Positions 27,740 through 41,568 are shown, numbered from the stretch's first letter. The stretch is DNA of 64,000 nt from Octopus vulgaris (GCA_951406725.2 OX597822.1:68944001-69008000); one strand, 5' to 3'. The notes: generated from the sequence alone by a model not told the origin. Numbers and translations are program-made.

Positions 27740-28111
27740 ATTATTTCCGCCTTCGCTAAGGTGGAGGTATTGTTTTTAGTCGTGTTTGTTTGCTTGTTTG
27801 TCTGTGGACAAGATATCTCAAGAACCGTTGGATGAATTTGGATGAAACTTTCAGGGATGTTTGGCCACATGACTGGCACAAACTGATTAGATTTTGGGAA
27901 TGATCTGGTACCAGACAAGGATTCTGGATTATTTTGCCTGTTTTTTTTACTTAATTTTTTAAAGTGGTCAGGTTCATTTTTAGTATTCTCATTTGTGAGA
28001 GCAGTCAAGTTTATTTCAGATATTCTCATTTTAAAAATCATCTCTGGCTAATCGTTGAGGGGACGTTGGTGTTGCCTTGGTGGAGGTTTGCGCTCTCTGA
28101 GTGCTCTTGTT
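27740..28111 (+). mobile_element. DINE-1/HINE-like non-autonomous Helentron derivative
   Basis: 5' sub-TIR hairpin TTCCGCCTT..AAGGTGGAG, (GTTT)n tract, 3' sub-TIR CCTTGGTGGAGGT plus short hairpin GCGCTC..GAGTGC, T-rich flanks. Confidence 0.75.
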
Positions 28112-29265
28112 CACATTATTTTGAATTAATCTAAGGTGGAAAGCTGGTAGATTTATTAGCACACCGAACAAAATGCTTTGTGGTAATTCATCTGTCCTTA
28201 CATTCTGAGTTCAAATTCCACTGAGGTCAACTTTGCCTTTTATCTTTTTCGGAGTCAAGGAAATAAGTACCAGTTACGCACTGGGGTTGATGTAATTGAC
28301 TAGTCCCCCTCCCCAAGATTTCAGACTTTGTGCCTATAGTAGAAAAGATTATTTAGAATTAATAATATATGATCTTGTAGCTTCGAGATTTTGATGATCT
28401 AACTGTTTATTTTGAGACTTGCATCGAGAGAGCATCATTAGAGAAACATAGCCAAGTTGTACCTTGGCCAGGTAATAAATCATTAATTACATTATACACA
28501 GGTGTATGTTCATTGGTATATCTGATGTTACTTGCATCGTGAAAGGTTGGGTCTGGCCAGTTTGAACCTAAAACAAATAGGATATTTTGGCTAGATATGG
28601 TCAGTTTAAGTGCTAAAGGGCTGTTGTTGTGGTTGTTGATGATGATGAGGGGGAGGGGATGAACATGAAGATGATGATGAAGATGAAGAAGAAGCAGAAG
28701 AAATTCCTTAAAGTAGCAAGTTAAATTCTTCGAGTTATCCACCCCGTCTTTAATATATTTATCAGCTTCCCAGTATTTACATACATTTAAATATACAATT
28801 CCTAAACATTATCAGAGACTGATACTATTAACATGTAATGTAGCAGACAAAGACATAAAAATATGTGGTTAAAAATATTGATCAATTAATCAATCAATCA
28901 ATCAATCATTCAAAATCCATAGTCTAGGAATACCATAGGTAGACAACAACAAGAGATAAAACCTCCTCCTTCAACATAATTTCCTGTTATTAACCAACTT
29001 TAAGTTTCCCTCCATCTTCTTCTCTGTCCATTCCTTGGTGTTTCTCAGCCACCTCTTTTGTGATCTTATTCTTTCTTTGCAGATGGTTTGTCCATGCACA
29101 ATTATATTTGTTAGAAGTAGGCTGTCATGATATTGTGTTCCATGACCCAATCACTACATTTTAATATTTTACGTGATTCACAGTCTTCTTAACACTTTCT
29201 TAACCCTTTTAGTATCGACCCTCCAGAGAGCACCCTGTCTTTTATGATACAAACTTCTTGCTTAA

Positions 29266-29486
29266 CCCTTTTGTTACCAACCTGGCTGAAACTGGCTCTG
29301 GCTCTGTAGTACAAATGTCTTGTTTTCATAAGTTTTGAATTAAAATCTTCCACCAAACCATAGCCACAATTTATGTTCCTAACACTAGCTTAATGTTAAC
29401 TAAGTTAGTTTACTAAATTCTTTGTTATATTTAAAATAATTAAATGAAACACAGAGCATCTCAAAATAAATACAGTAACAAAAGGG
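29266..29486. mobile_element. piggyBac-type MITE (221 bp)
   Basis: Perfect 12-bp TIR CCCTTTTGTTAC / GTAACAAAAGGG; TTAA on both sides; related copies near 10720-10900, 22810-23040 and 30060-30245. Confidence 0.85.
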
Positions 29487-29594
29487 TTAATATGTTAGCA
29501 CCAATGGTTCATTACAAATGTCATACAACCACCATATGCACCACCAGTGGTACATTTTCATAATTTGAGAAAATATTTTAAATAATTTCAAGAA

Positions 29595-29915
29595 TCTCTA
29601 TATATATAGACGGCAAAATGTCTGTGTGTGTGTCCTTTATACAAATCCACAATTTTTCAGTTAGAGGACTCGCACTTTCTATTGTTATTCAAAACCGTCC
29701 AAGGGTGGTTGTGCACATCTTTACATTTCCCCAGTCACCTTGCAAAGCCATTAAAAAATCAATAGAAGTGACTTTTTGTGAATTTTCTATCCAAAACCCA
29801 ATCAAAATGCCCGAAACTTGATATGCCAATTGAATGCCAGCTAGCTGTATGTGATTGGTCGGAGATTTGGACAGTACTCGTGTGTATGTGCACACACATG
29901 CAGCTATATATGCAT
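29595..29915 (+). mobile_element. Possible Helitron 5' fragment
   Basis: Starts TCTCTATATATATAGACGGC then (TG)n, typical of non-autonomous Helitron 5' ends; no 3' CTAG hairpin located. Confidence 0.4.
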
Positions 29916-32221
29916 GCATATTTAAATAACATGAGTGCTAAATATTAAAGTTTAATTATGAAATATTGTAAAAATACAAAAAAGATTATATTTCTTTATA
30001 ATTAAACAGTATGCCATATGGCCGGAAATCTGTGGCATCAACAGTATGTTCCAGTAATAGGCCATGACAGTTGAAGTGTTAAAGTTATCTAAATTAAAAC
30101 CTTCCGTCAAGATTTGATGTTATCTATATTCCAAATTCCAGTTTATAATAATGTCAAAGTTACTTCACTAAATTTTTCATTAATTTTGAAATTAATTGAA
30201 ACAAAGCCAGAGTATTTCAAGAGAAATATGGTAACAAAAGAGTTAACACTTTTATGATGGTGATAAAATATAGATTGCAGTGGAAAATAGCAGAAACAAT
30301 AACACTTTGGATGAAATGCTTTGTAGCTTCTTTGGCTCCTGCAGAGGTGAACTTTGCCTTTCATACTTCTGGATTGATAAATAAGGTATGAATTTAGAGT
30401 CGTTAGCTGAGAGAATCGATAGAACATCGGATGAAAAGCATTTTTGTATTTCATCTGGTTCTTTGCATTGTTCATCATTATCATCATTGTCATCATCATT
30501 AAATGTAAATTTTCCATGCTGGCTTAGGTTCAATGGTTTGACAGGAGCTGACAAGTCAGTGGGATGAACCAACAGGACTGAACCAAGACTGAACATCTGC
30601 TTTAGCATGGTTTCTACGGCTGCTAGATGCCCTTCTTTATTATAACTGTTTTGCAGAGAATGCACTTGGTGCTTTTTATGTGGCACTAGCACTAGTGAGA
30701 CCACCAGACGAGGTCACAAGACAAAACTCTTTGTCTTAGAGGAAGGAAGGAGTAATATTGAGAGAAGTGGATTTATGCCAGGTGATGAGAGATTAATTAA
30801 TGAAAGAGGGGCAGGAACAGGTGTCTTGCTTTAGGGGAGATATATAGTTACTCCATTCTGAGTTTGAACCTCACCATGGCCTACTAAGGGGATTAACGGC
30901 CTTAATCTGTTTCCCAGTTTAACATCACATCCTGGTCATTGGGTTTGAGGATACTTTGCTCCTCACTCCTTCTCATTAGTCTTAGAGACCCTGGAAAGGG
31001 TCATGAGTATTACTCTTATCTTCCTGATTAATTTATGAAATAAATATAAACACCTTACCTCAAAAAATATAGGCTACTTGTCAAGTGCCTTACTCTTTTT
31101 AAAACTGGTGACTTAGTCATAAATCTTAGGACAACACACCCTCTATAGAAAACCAGCTGATGATGGGACTGTCTTCATGAGTAATTGGCTTGCTAGAAAT
31201 AGCAGTGAAATCTTTTTCAAGCTTTCACCATCTTCAGAATGGATGAATAAGCTGTACCTAACCTTATGACTAATTAGCTACTAGTCATAGGTGTGCTCTG
31301 TGAGAACTAAACCAAGGCTATACATCAACAACAACAACAACTGCAGTGGCAGCAGCAGCAGTAGTAGCAGTAGTAGTAGCAATGCAATGGTCTGTGCAGT
31401 AAACAGCAATGAGGGAGCTTTCATACAGTTTACTTGATGTGTTAGAAATAGCAGCTCTTTGGTTCTCTTTCAAAAAAATGAAGGAAGAATAAATGAGACA
31501 ATGTAATTTTGGATTTATAAAAAAAGATAAGACCTTCACGCCTGCAACACCTTCATTGTAGGTCTGTTTGATCGGAGGGGACCTGGAACTAAAGAGCTAC
31601 AACAATAACAACAACAGTTGCAGCAGCAGCAACAACAACAATAACAACAATATATAATGGGTAATAATTGTGAACACAACTAAACTGATAAATAGGATTA
31701 CCAACCACACACACACACATATATGCTACCCACTTCCCCTGGTCAATTCTCCAAGGAATTGAACTCAAAAAGCAAACAACAAAAACCCCCTTCATCTGGT
31801 CCAATACAATCAAACCTCTCATCTAAAATGATTGGAATATTTGTATAATTATGTAAACAATTCCTGAAGCTGAAAAAAAAAACAACAAAACAAAAACAAA
31901 AACAAAAGAAATAAACAAAAAGAACAATCAACAATCAAATAAATAATCAGACAGTCAAAAATGAACTCTACCTAAAAATCAATCAACATTTTAAAATATC
32001 TCTGTTCCATTTTTAAAATAGAAAGAGAATATTCTAGAACTTGGCACCGTGGCCACTAACAGACAACCAATCTAAACATGGAGAACTCGTCAAACAAGTT
32101 GCAAACGTCTGTCTGCCTTGGGCTTCATTGCCTATTTAAGAAATCAGCCTCCCTCCTCAGCTTCTGTCTCCAACCCCTTACACCTTCTCCTCTCAATTTA
32201 TTATCACTATTATTATCACTA

Positions 32222-32258
<37 letters not shown>

Positions 32259-32719
32259 TATTATTATCATCATCATTATCATTACCATCATCATCGTTGT
32301 CGTCATCGTTATTAGTATTAGTATTGTTAATGTTATTATTGTTACTATCAATGCGTCTCTTGTATGCTTGCTTGATTGCCAAGCAACCAAGTCCAAACCT
32401 TGGACCAAAAGGATGACCAGCTGTAATGAGCCATTATTGTTTCTAGATGCTAGTCACTTCTAGATGGTCTAGTTTTTACAGTTCATCACCACCACCACCA
32501 CCACCACCACCACCATCCCCATTACCATCATCATTAATTATTACTAATATTAGACGTGGCAACTTGGCAGAAATGGTAGGATGCTGAGACTAAATAAAAT
32601 AAATGTTCTATATATAGTATTTGGTTTTTCAGACCACAGGTGTGTGAGTTCAAATTTATCCAGTGCCATCTTTGCTTTTCTATCCTTTTGAATCAATAAA
32701 GTATATACCAGTTAATACT

Positions 32720-33123
32720 ATAGGCAGAGGAGTGGCTGTGTGGTAAGTAGCTTGCTTATCAACTACACGGTTCCGGGTTCAGTCCCACTGTGTGGCATCT
32801 TGGGCAAGTGTCTTCTACTATAACCTCGGGCTGACCAAAGCCTTGTGAGTGGATTTGGTAGATGGAAACTGAAAGAAGCCCATTGTATATATATATATGT
32901 GTGTGTGTATGTTTGTGTGTCTGTGTTTGTCCCCCTAGCATTGCTTAACAATCAGTGCTGGTGTGTTTACATCCCTGTAACTTAGCAGTTTGGCAAAAGA
33001 AACCGATAGAATAAGTACTGGGCTTACAAAGAATAAGTCCTGGGGTCGATTTGCTCGACTAAAGGCGGTGCTCCAGCATGGCTGCAGTCAAATGACTGAA
33101 ACAAGTAAAAGAGTAAAAAGAGA
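32720..33123 (+). mobile_element. SINE family A copy
   Basis: Full match. Confidence 0.9.
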
Positions 33124-33591
33124 GTTAATTAGTTAGTTGGTTAGATAATTAACCAATTGACTAACAATACAGAAGTGATACTGAACCTGTGAGTGTGTTA
33201 ATATTATTGGTATTATGACTCTCCCCAGACACAACAACACACACACACACAAACACACACACATAACAGGCTTCTATCAGTTTATGTCTGCAAAATCCAC
33301 TCACAAAGCTTTGGTCAGTCCTGGACAATAGCAGAAGACACTTGCCCAACGTACCATGGAGTGGGATGGAACATGTAATCACATAGTTTGAAAGCAAGCT
33401 TCTTAACCACACAGCCATGTCTGTACCTTAGACTGATAATTTAAACAGAGTCATCGATTTTCATGTTACCATTTCTTCAATTATTTTCTGAACACTGTCC
33501 TGTCTGTCACCTCCAACATTGAGTTGCTGCTTGAATATCCTCCTGAAAAACAGGGTTTGCACCCCAAAGCAAATTTCGTTTTAGCATTTAT

Positions 33592-33627
<36 letters not shown>

Positions 33628-33629
<2 letters not shown>

Positions 33630-33816
33630 AAGTTAATCCAAACAAGAAAACAAAAACAAAAAAACAACAACGCAAGGACATGGAACAAATAAAGTATTAT
33701 TGGACGCTCAGGAAAGAAGGGAAGAAGGAGGGTTTTTGATGTTTCGAGCGGAGCTCTTCGTCGGAAACATAGGAGAAGGAAAGATCCCGAGAAGGGAAGA
33801 CAGGGGAAAAAAATCA
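33628..33816 (-). mobile_element. Penelope-like terminal fragment (family P) with hammerhead variant
   Basis: Homologous to 57255-57438; minus strand GTTT-CCGACGA-A-GAGC-TCC-GCTC-GAAAC-ATC-AAA; flanked by a 23-bp direct repeat (33560-33582 / 33889-33911, 2 mismatches). Confidence 0.65.
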
Positions 33817-33912
33817 CTAGTGATACAGACGATATATATATATATATACACACGATATATATATATATATACACACACATATATTATACACCCAAAAGCA
33901 AATTTTGTTTTG

Positions 33913-33914
<2 letters not shown>

Positions 33915-33956
<42 letters not shown>

Positions 33957-34100
33957 AATATATATGTATATGTATATATATATGTATATATATGTATATG
34001 TATATATATATGTATATATGTATATGTATATATATGTATATATGTATGTATATATGTATATATGTATATGCATATGTGTATATATATATATATACACATA
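33915..34100. repeat. (TA)n/(TATG)n microsatellite block
   Basis: Seen directly. Confidence 0.95.
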
Positions 34101-34759
34101 AGTGAGATTGTAGCCATGGCAGATGCCTGTGTTGCATAACCAGCCCCAAAGTACCCTTCAATTGTTGGGCAATATGCTGTGCTTAAGAAGACCTGTTGAG
34201 TCAAGTGAAATGTAGTTGTGGCCAATGCTAGTGCCACCTGACTGTCACCTCTGCCAGTGGCACATAAAAAGCACAATTCGAGTGTGGCCAATGCCAGTGC
34301 TGGTGGCATGTAAAAAGCACCCAGAACCATGTTTGTTTTGGAAGCAACTCCTGTGCCTATATATATATATATATATGTGTATACATATATATATATGTGT
34401 GGGTGGGGACAAACACAGGCACACAAACATATATACACACACACACAAACATATCTTTATATGAGGGGCTTTTTTCAGTTTCCATCTACCATATCCACTC
34501 ACAAGGCTTTGGTTGGCCCGAAGCTATAGTAGAAGACACTTGCCCAAGGTGCCACGTAGTGGAACTGAACCCAGAACCATGTGGCTGGTAAGCAAGCTAC
34601 TCACCACACAGCCACTCCTGCGACTGTAAGCCACTCTTATGGTTTCCACTGCATGTTAACTAACTGACTCCCTCCCCTAATTTTCTCACAATTTTTCTTC
34701 AATGCAATTTGATCTCTTTGGAACAAAATATTCACATTTCAGTCTTTCAGACACTTACA

Positions 34760-34985
34760 TTATTTACATTTGACAGATATTTGTCCTCATCTTGTTTGTT
34801 GTTAGCACAACGTTTCGGCTGATATACCCTCCAGCCTTCATCAGGTGTCTTGGAGAAATTTCGAACCTGGGTTCTTATTCCTAAAGTATTATTATTATTA
34901 TTTAGGTCACTGCCTGGAATTGAACTCAGAATCTTGGGGTTAGTAGCCTGTGCTCTTAACCACTATGCCATATGCCCATGGGCAT
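34760..34985 (-). mobile_element. Hammerhead-bearing tRNA-headed SINE (family H)
   Basis: A-box TGGCATAGTGG, B-box GAGTTCAATTCC, (AAT)n linker, hammerhead; 7-bp direct repeat ACTTACA at 34753-59 and 34986-92; palindrome TATGCCCATGGGCATA at the 5' end. Confidence 0.85.
34804..34849 (-). ncRNA. Minimal type-I hammerhead ribozyme motif (intact core)
   Basis: GACAC-CUGAUGA-A-GGCUG[gagggtatat]CAGCC-GAAAC-GUU-GUG: core CUGAUGA/GAAA, 5-bp stem II, palindromic ACGU stem III, stem I CAC/GUG. Confidence 0.75.
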
Positions 34986-35165
34986 ACTTACAAAAGCGAT
35001 CCACAGATTGACAAAGAAGCTTGCTTTCCAACCACATGGTTTCAGGTTGAGTCCTACCGCTGCATAGCGCCTCTGGTGAGTGTCATCATCTACTATAGCC
35101 CTGGGCTAACCAAAACTTTGTGAGTGGAAATTTGGTAGACAAAATGAAAAAAACATATTGTATGC

Positions 35166-35198
<33 letters not shown>

Positions 35199-35984
35199 TG
35201 TATGTGTGTATGTATGTGTGTGTGTGCATTATACACAGTGTGTGAGTGAATTTAGTCAATGGAAACTGTGTGGAAGCCCATCATAAAATGTGTGTATGTG
35301 TGTGTGTGAGTATGTGTGTGTGAGTGTGTGTGTGCATTATAGACAGGGTGTGAGTGAATTTGATCAGTGGAGACTGTGTGAAAGCCCATCATAAAATGTG
35401 TGTGTGCCTTTGTGCCTGTATTTGTCCTTGCTACTGCTTGACAATCAGTGTTGGTTTAGTTATATCTTCGTAACTTAGTGGTTCAACAAAACAAACTGAT
35501 CAAATAAGTATCAGTATCAAAAATAATTACTGGGATTGATATATCTGCCTAAACCCCTTCAAGTGGTGCCCCAGTATAGCCACAGCCCAATGCCTAAAAT
35601 AAGTAAAAGACAAAAATGAAAGATGCACAAACATTTATGCGGTTGTGCAATTTGCTAAAAATAACTACCAATTAAACCTCAAATCATAACCCACCATCTT
35701 AAAAAAGGACATATAGGATGCAATCATCATCATCATCCTTATCATCAAGTGTTTTAAATCCAGGTTTTGTCCGTGTTAATGGGGGTGGCTAGAACTACCT
35801 TAGTGTTATAGCAACCAAGGTAGGCAGGTGCAGCCCGCCCCAACCTTTGGGTTGGCTGGTGTCCATCTTCCTTTGCAATCATGAAGCTTTTTCAGAGCTG
35901 GATTTTCTTCAGGGAGCATGCCCTTGCTTACCCCCAACTTTAGTTTCTAGACACGAGTGGTCCCAAGACCAAGGCCTCTACCAA

Positions 35985-36226
35985 GGGGCGGCGAGCTGGC
36001 AGAATTGTTAGCACGTCGGGCGAAATACTTGGCGGTATTTCGTCTGCCACTACGTTCTGAGTTCAAATTCTGCCAAGGTCGACTTTGCCTTTCATCCTTT
36101 CAGAGTCGATTAAATAAGTACCAGTTACACACTGGAGTTGATATAATTGACTTAATCCATTTGTCTGTCCTTGTTTGTTCCCTCTGTGTGTAGCCCCTTG
36201 TGGGCAGTAAAGAAATAAGAAATAAG
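35985..36226 (+). mobile_element. SINE family B, full length
   Basis: Head GGCGGCGAGCTGGCAGAA, B-box GAGTTCAAATTC, tail GCCCCTTGTGGGCAGTAAAGAAATAAG. Confidence 0.85.
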
Positions 36227-36782
36227 ACCAAGGTCTCTACCACGATTTTTAAGAAATGTGGTGGAAGATAAGGGACACTACTCACTGAGACCCTTTTCAG
36301 AGCCCCCCTACCTATATAAAAATACATCTATAAATGTAAAAATACGTCTACAAATACTAAACATCGGGATGGTCACTGTTGGACTATATTTTGATTATGG
36401 TGCTACATAAAATCATCTATGCTGGTGCCACGCAAATCACCAGTGCTGGGGCTACATAAAAACACACATGCCAGTGCTATGTTACATGTCACCATGCTGG
36501 TGCCGTGTAAAAGCACCTGTGCCTCATAAAAAGTGCCAGTGTCGCATAAAAAGCCCTCTGCATGTGCCACTTTAAAAGCACCCAGTATACTTTGTAACGT
36601 GGCTGGTGTTAGGAAGGGCATCCAGCTGTAGAAACCATGGAGCCTGGTGCAGCTCCCCAGTTGGCCAGTTCCTATTGAACCATCCAACTCATTCCAGCAT
36701 GGAGAATGGCTGTTAAATGATGACGATGATGATGATGACATATGCTTGATCAGGACTGACCAGAGCTAAATAGCTTGTTTAA

Positions 36783-37302
36783 CCCTTTAGCATTTAAACT
36801 GGCCATATCTGACCAAAATAACGCAATGGCCCAGTGGTTAGAGCAGCGAACTCGCAGTCGGAGGATCGCGGTTTCGATTCCCAGACCAGGCGTTCTGTGT
36901 GTTTATTGCGCAAAAACACCTAAAAGCTCCACGAGGCTCCGGCAAGGGGTGGTGGCGACCCCTGTTGTACTCTTTCGCTCCAATTTTCTCTCACTCTCTT
37001 TTCCTGTTTCTTGAGTAACGCTGCGATGGACTGGCATCCTGTCCAGCTAGGGGGAACACATTCGCTACAGAAACCAAAAAACCGGGCCTATGAGCCTGGC
37101 TAGGCTTGAAAAGGGTGACGGTTATCGTCTTTGTTTTCAAAGTGGCCAGATCTAGCCTCTCACACTTACCATACAATGTTATTCTAAAAAATTAACAATC
37201 ATGTCATTGAAATCACAAAGCTACGAGGTAATGCATGACTAATTCATATCAATGAGAATAAATAAGAATTACATTTGACAGAGAAATCTGAATTTTAAAG
37301 GG
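36783..37302. mobile_element. piggyBac-type MITE with nested family D SINE (36820-37112)
   Basis: TTAA-CCCTTTA ... TAAAGGG-TTAA; the nested SINE has TGGCCCAGTGG and GGTTTCGATTCC boxes. Confidence 0.75.
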
Positions 37303-37619
37303 TTAAAAACACTCAAGTATGATATGAGAGAGATTTGACTGCTTTTTCTAGGAGGTCAGGTGACCACAGCGAGGCTTTCTCATTGGGTAAGCCGTTTATC
37401 TTTATAGTCTAATAGTTGTTTTGAAATACAAAAATATATTTATTGTGTCTATTTAATCTGTAGCAATACCAGGATTTGAAACCATAATCTTGAGGTTGTT
37501 AACTGTATGTAATTAAGCTGGAATAAATATCAGTCACAAAGCATTTATAGCATTTGGTAAAAATTACAATTTCTCCATAGGTACCCAATGCGTGTCTGTA
37601 TGTGTGTATTTATGCATGA

Positions 37620-38278
37620 AAGAAAGAGAAGGAGAGAAAGAGAGAGAGAGATAGGAAGGAAAGAGAGAGAGGGAGAAAGAAAGGAAGTGTGTGTGTGTGT
37701 GTGTGTGTGAAAGAGAGAAAAACTATGAATGCAAGAGAGAGAGAGAGAGTAAAAGAGAGAAAGAGAGTGTGTATATGAGAAAGAGAGAGTGAAAGAGAGT
37801 GTGTATATGAGAGAGAGAGAGAGTGAAAGAGAGAAAGAGAGTGTGTATATGAGAGAGAGAGAGAAAGAGAGTGAAAGAGAGAAAGAGAGTGAAAGAGAGA
37901 AAGAGAGTGAAAGAGAGAAAGAGAGTGAAAGAGAGAAAGAGAGTGTGTATATGAGAGAGAGAGAAAGAGAGTGTGTATATGAGAGAGAGAGAAAGAGAGT
38001 GTGTATATGAGTGAGAGAGAGAAAGAAAGTGAGAAAAAGAGAGAGAAGAAGAGATAGATAGATAGATAGACAAAATATGTGTATGTGTGTGTGTATGTGT
38101 CTTGGTCAGTCTATATACATTTGTATGTTTGTGTTTACCAGCATGTAAGCATGTGTCCATAAACGTGTGTGTACGTGTGTGCCTGTGTGTATGTGTGTGT
38201 GTGTGTATGTGTGTGTACATATACATGACTTTGTACATGAATGTGCATATGTATGCTGTTGTATATCAGTGTATATGC

Positions 38279-38314
<36 letters not shown>

Positions 38315-38340
38315 ATGTGCCTCTGTGTGTGAGCATATAT
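37620..38340. repeat. (GA)n, 18-bp GAAAGAGAGTGAAAGAGA minisatellite and (TG)n block
   Basis: Seen directly. Confidence 0.9.
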
Positions 38341-38676
38341 TTGTGTCTGTGTGTCTGTGTTCTTTACCTAATTCTAACCAATATAGTTCTATAGCACAGC
38401 AGGGAGAACTGCAGGAAGAGTTCATGTAATTTGTCAATTGTTACTGTTGTTGTTGTTGCTGCTGTTGTGATGTTGATGTTTTGGTGTTTTTTGTTCACTT
38501 GGTTGTCTGCTCTCCAAGCCTGGATGTGTTTTGGCCAGTGGATGTTTATAAATAAATAAATAAATAAATAAATATATATGGTGGTGCCCCAGCATGGCCG
38601 CAGCTTTTGGGCTGAAAACATTTTAAAAGATTTAAGGATTTATATATATGTGTGTGTGTGTGTGTGTATGTATATA

Positions 38677-38707
<31 letters not shown>

Positions 38708-40800
38708 GTGCATGTGTGTGTATGCATGTATGTGTGTATGTACATGTATGTATATGTGTGTATATATATATATATGTATAAGTATATAGTATATATATAT
38801 ATGTATATATATGTGTATGTATATATATGTATGTGTGTATGTATATGAATGCATACACACACACACATGCACGTATATGTATGGCATGTATGCATATATC
38901 TATATGGTTATGTATTGTTCTGGTTGTGTGTGTGATTCCTTATTTTGACATTACATGACAGTTGTAAACGAGTGTCACTGTCATACAAGCAACGCCATTC
39001 ATTTCTAATCTTTCATGTTCAGTCATATGGAAATGTTATCGTGTTTGAAAACAGGTGAGTATTGATGACAGGAACAGCATCTTGGCATAGAAAATGTGAG
39101 TATAGAACAATGGACGTTAAATCAAAGATGATGGTGAAAAAATCACGATGAGGATATATACAGTTAACTTCTTAATAAAAATTTGAATTACCTATTTTTT
39201 ATTATTTTTACCAGTTTATGTTTCTAGACAATTTCTTCAGTTTTGTATTATTTAGTGAATGAATGAATTTCTTTTTTGGCTTCATCTATATCTCCCACAT
39301 TGAAACAAATTCATCTGAGACAATTGACATGTGTTAATACCTGATCATACAAACCACTTATATCTTGGAAAAAAGACATTGAAGAGCTCCATGCAGTCCT
39401 TTCAAACCCCAAAAATGAAAGGAGGACTATGGACAACATGGATGAACACCTGGTTTAGGAATTTACACAGCTTTCAGTGTCAGACCTTCCAAAATATTCA
39501 CTAAGTTTTTTTGTTTGATTTTTTTTTTCAAATTACAAAGAAGCAGATATAGATTTGTATACGTATAGTTACACACATACATGCAAAGATACATATAGTG
39601 ACCGTCAAAATGGACACAGCTACTCAAAATATACAAAAACATATATCTTCAGTTACACATGCATACATATATATACTGAGTACCATTATACTATTAGATT
39701 CTTGAGCAGCAAACAGATTTCTATAGAGTACTGCAAACATTAACAACAAAATCGTCTAACACGTTGACTTATGAAGATCGAAGACGGTAGTTCTGCATCA
39801 ACAGACTTAGAGTTGGCCGCAAAATCATTCATAAACATTTTGGGTTGTGATCTGTTAAAAATAGATTGCAAGGAAGTCCTGCTTCAGCTGCTGCAGGAAA
39901 CTTGCCAAAATTCTTTGGAACCTGGCTTTTGGAATATTGCTGGCTTATTGACAGATTTGGAATATTTTTATTTGGCACTCTCCAGAGCTTATTGGCATTG
40001 ATTACCGACGAAGTGCTGTGTTTCTTAAAGTTCAAAAGAGCCAATAAATGGTTGAGAATCTATTGAAATTGGTCCCTATTATCTACAACGTTGGCTCCAC
40101 ATTGAAAAGAATTTGTAAGACATACAATTGGTTATTAACCTCATACACAAAAAAGAACTTAACAAAACACATTTCTCTGTTTGACTTTCTCTAAAGAGTG
40201 TCTGTAAACTATTAAGGCTGGTTCCTATAGCTTCTATTATAACATCAAAGCTAGGAAGTTTCATTAATTAATAGACTTGCTACCAAATACACCAAATTGC
40301 AATTATCTACCATCACTCAGAATTGGCTTTCTGATACAGTGTACAAGAATCAAAAAGAAAAAAGTTTCCTGTTTGAAATTTCAAAAATCCCCATCACATA
40401 GATGCATGCACACTCCACCTCTCTCTCTTTCTCTCTCTGTATTATACTAATATTATAGTGTAGCTACTACAATGCAATGAGATCTTTTGAACCTACCAAC
40501 TTGGCACCACCCACACAAATATATCTGATGTTCTCACTACTATTCCTCTCATCACTTTTACTTTGTCTTCTCTCCTAGACCTACCCTCTAAGAAACACTT
40601 TATGGAATTCTTCTCCTCTAGGACTGTATTCCATACAAGAAACACTCTTTCAACTTTTATACCTTACCTACCAATACCAACCATTAAATGTTCAAACTGT
40701 CAACAAATATAAACTCACTGAATTTTTTTATTCACATCCCAAGACACCCAAGGCTTGGGAAATAAGGTCAATTATATTAAGAATCAATATGTGGCAGGCG

Positions 40801-41104
40801 TGGAGGTGCAATGGCCCAGTGGTTAGGCCAGCGGACTCGCGGTCATAGGATCGTGGTTTCGATTCCCAGACCAGGCGTTGTGAGTGTTTATTGAGCGTAA
40901 ACATCTAAATCTCCACGGGGCACTGGCACTGGCAGGGGGTGGTGGCGATTCATGCTGAACTCTTTTGCCACAACTTTCTCTCACTCTTTCTTCTGTTGGC
41001 CTGCTCACTTAGCCAGCGGGGTGGCTAAAACAATGCGAAGCGCATTGTGACCAGCGATGTGTAGCAACATCTAATAGCCTGGTCAGTCACGGTGATCATG
41101 GTGA
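40801..41104 (+). mobile_element. tRNA-headed SINE family D
   Basis: GGAGGTGCAATGGCCCAGTGG head, B-box GGTTTCGATTCC; flanked by the imperfect duplication ATGTGGCAGGCGTG / ATATGGCAGGCATG. Confidence 0.8.
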
Positions 41105-41375
41105 TATGGCAGGCATGTGCCATCAGTAATTACTTGGGGTAGGCAGTTGGTGACGTTTATGTAATAAACAACACAAAAAAAATAAGCGAAACACAGGCAC
41201 ATGACTGAGTTGGGGGCAGATTTACTTCTACCTTTATAGCACGTAAAGAAAACGTTATTGTAGGAATGTATGCATTATGTGTACTACAGCTGTACTATGT
41301 GTAGCTTTAATACTGAGACTGAAAGGCAGGGGTGAATTATGCCTATGCATAGTAATCAGAGTAACCTTCATAATT

Positions 41376-41568
41376 ATTTACATTATTTACATTTGACAGA
41401 TATTTGTCCTCATTTTGTTTGTTGTTAACACAATGTTTAGGCTGATATACCATCCAGCCTTCATCAGGTGTCTTGGGGAAATTTCGAACCTGGGTTCTTA
41501 TTCCTAAGGTATTTTTCGATATTATTATTATTATCATTATTATCATTATTATTATTATCATTATTATC

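Noticed and set aside
31730-31971. Strong minus-strand acceptor (T)nCAG at 31870 with a possible 100-bp intron
   Set aside because: No convincing reading frame; cannot be supported without transcript data
39771-40264. Cluster of short ORFs in unique sequence
   Set aside because: No recognisable domain; the candidate splice phases tried hit stop codons quickly
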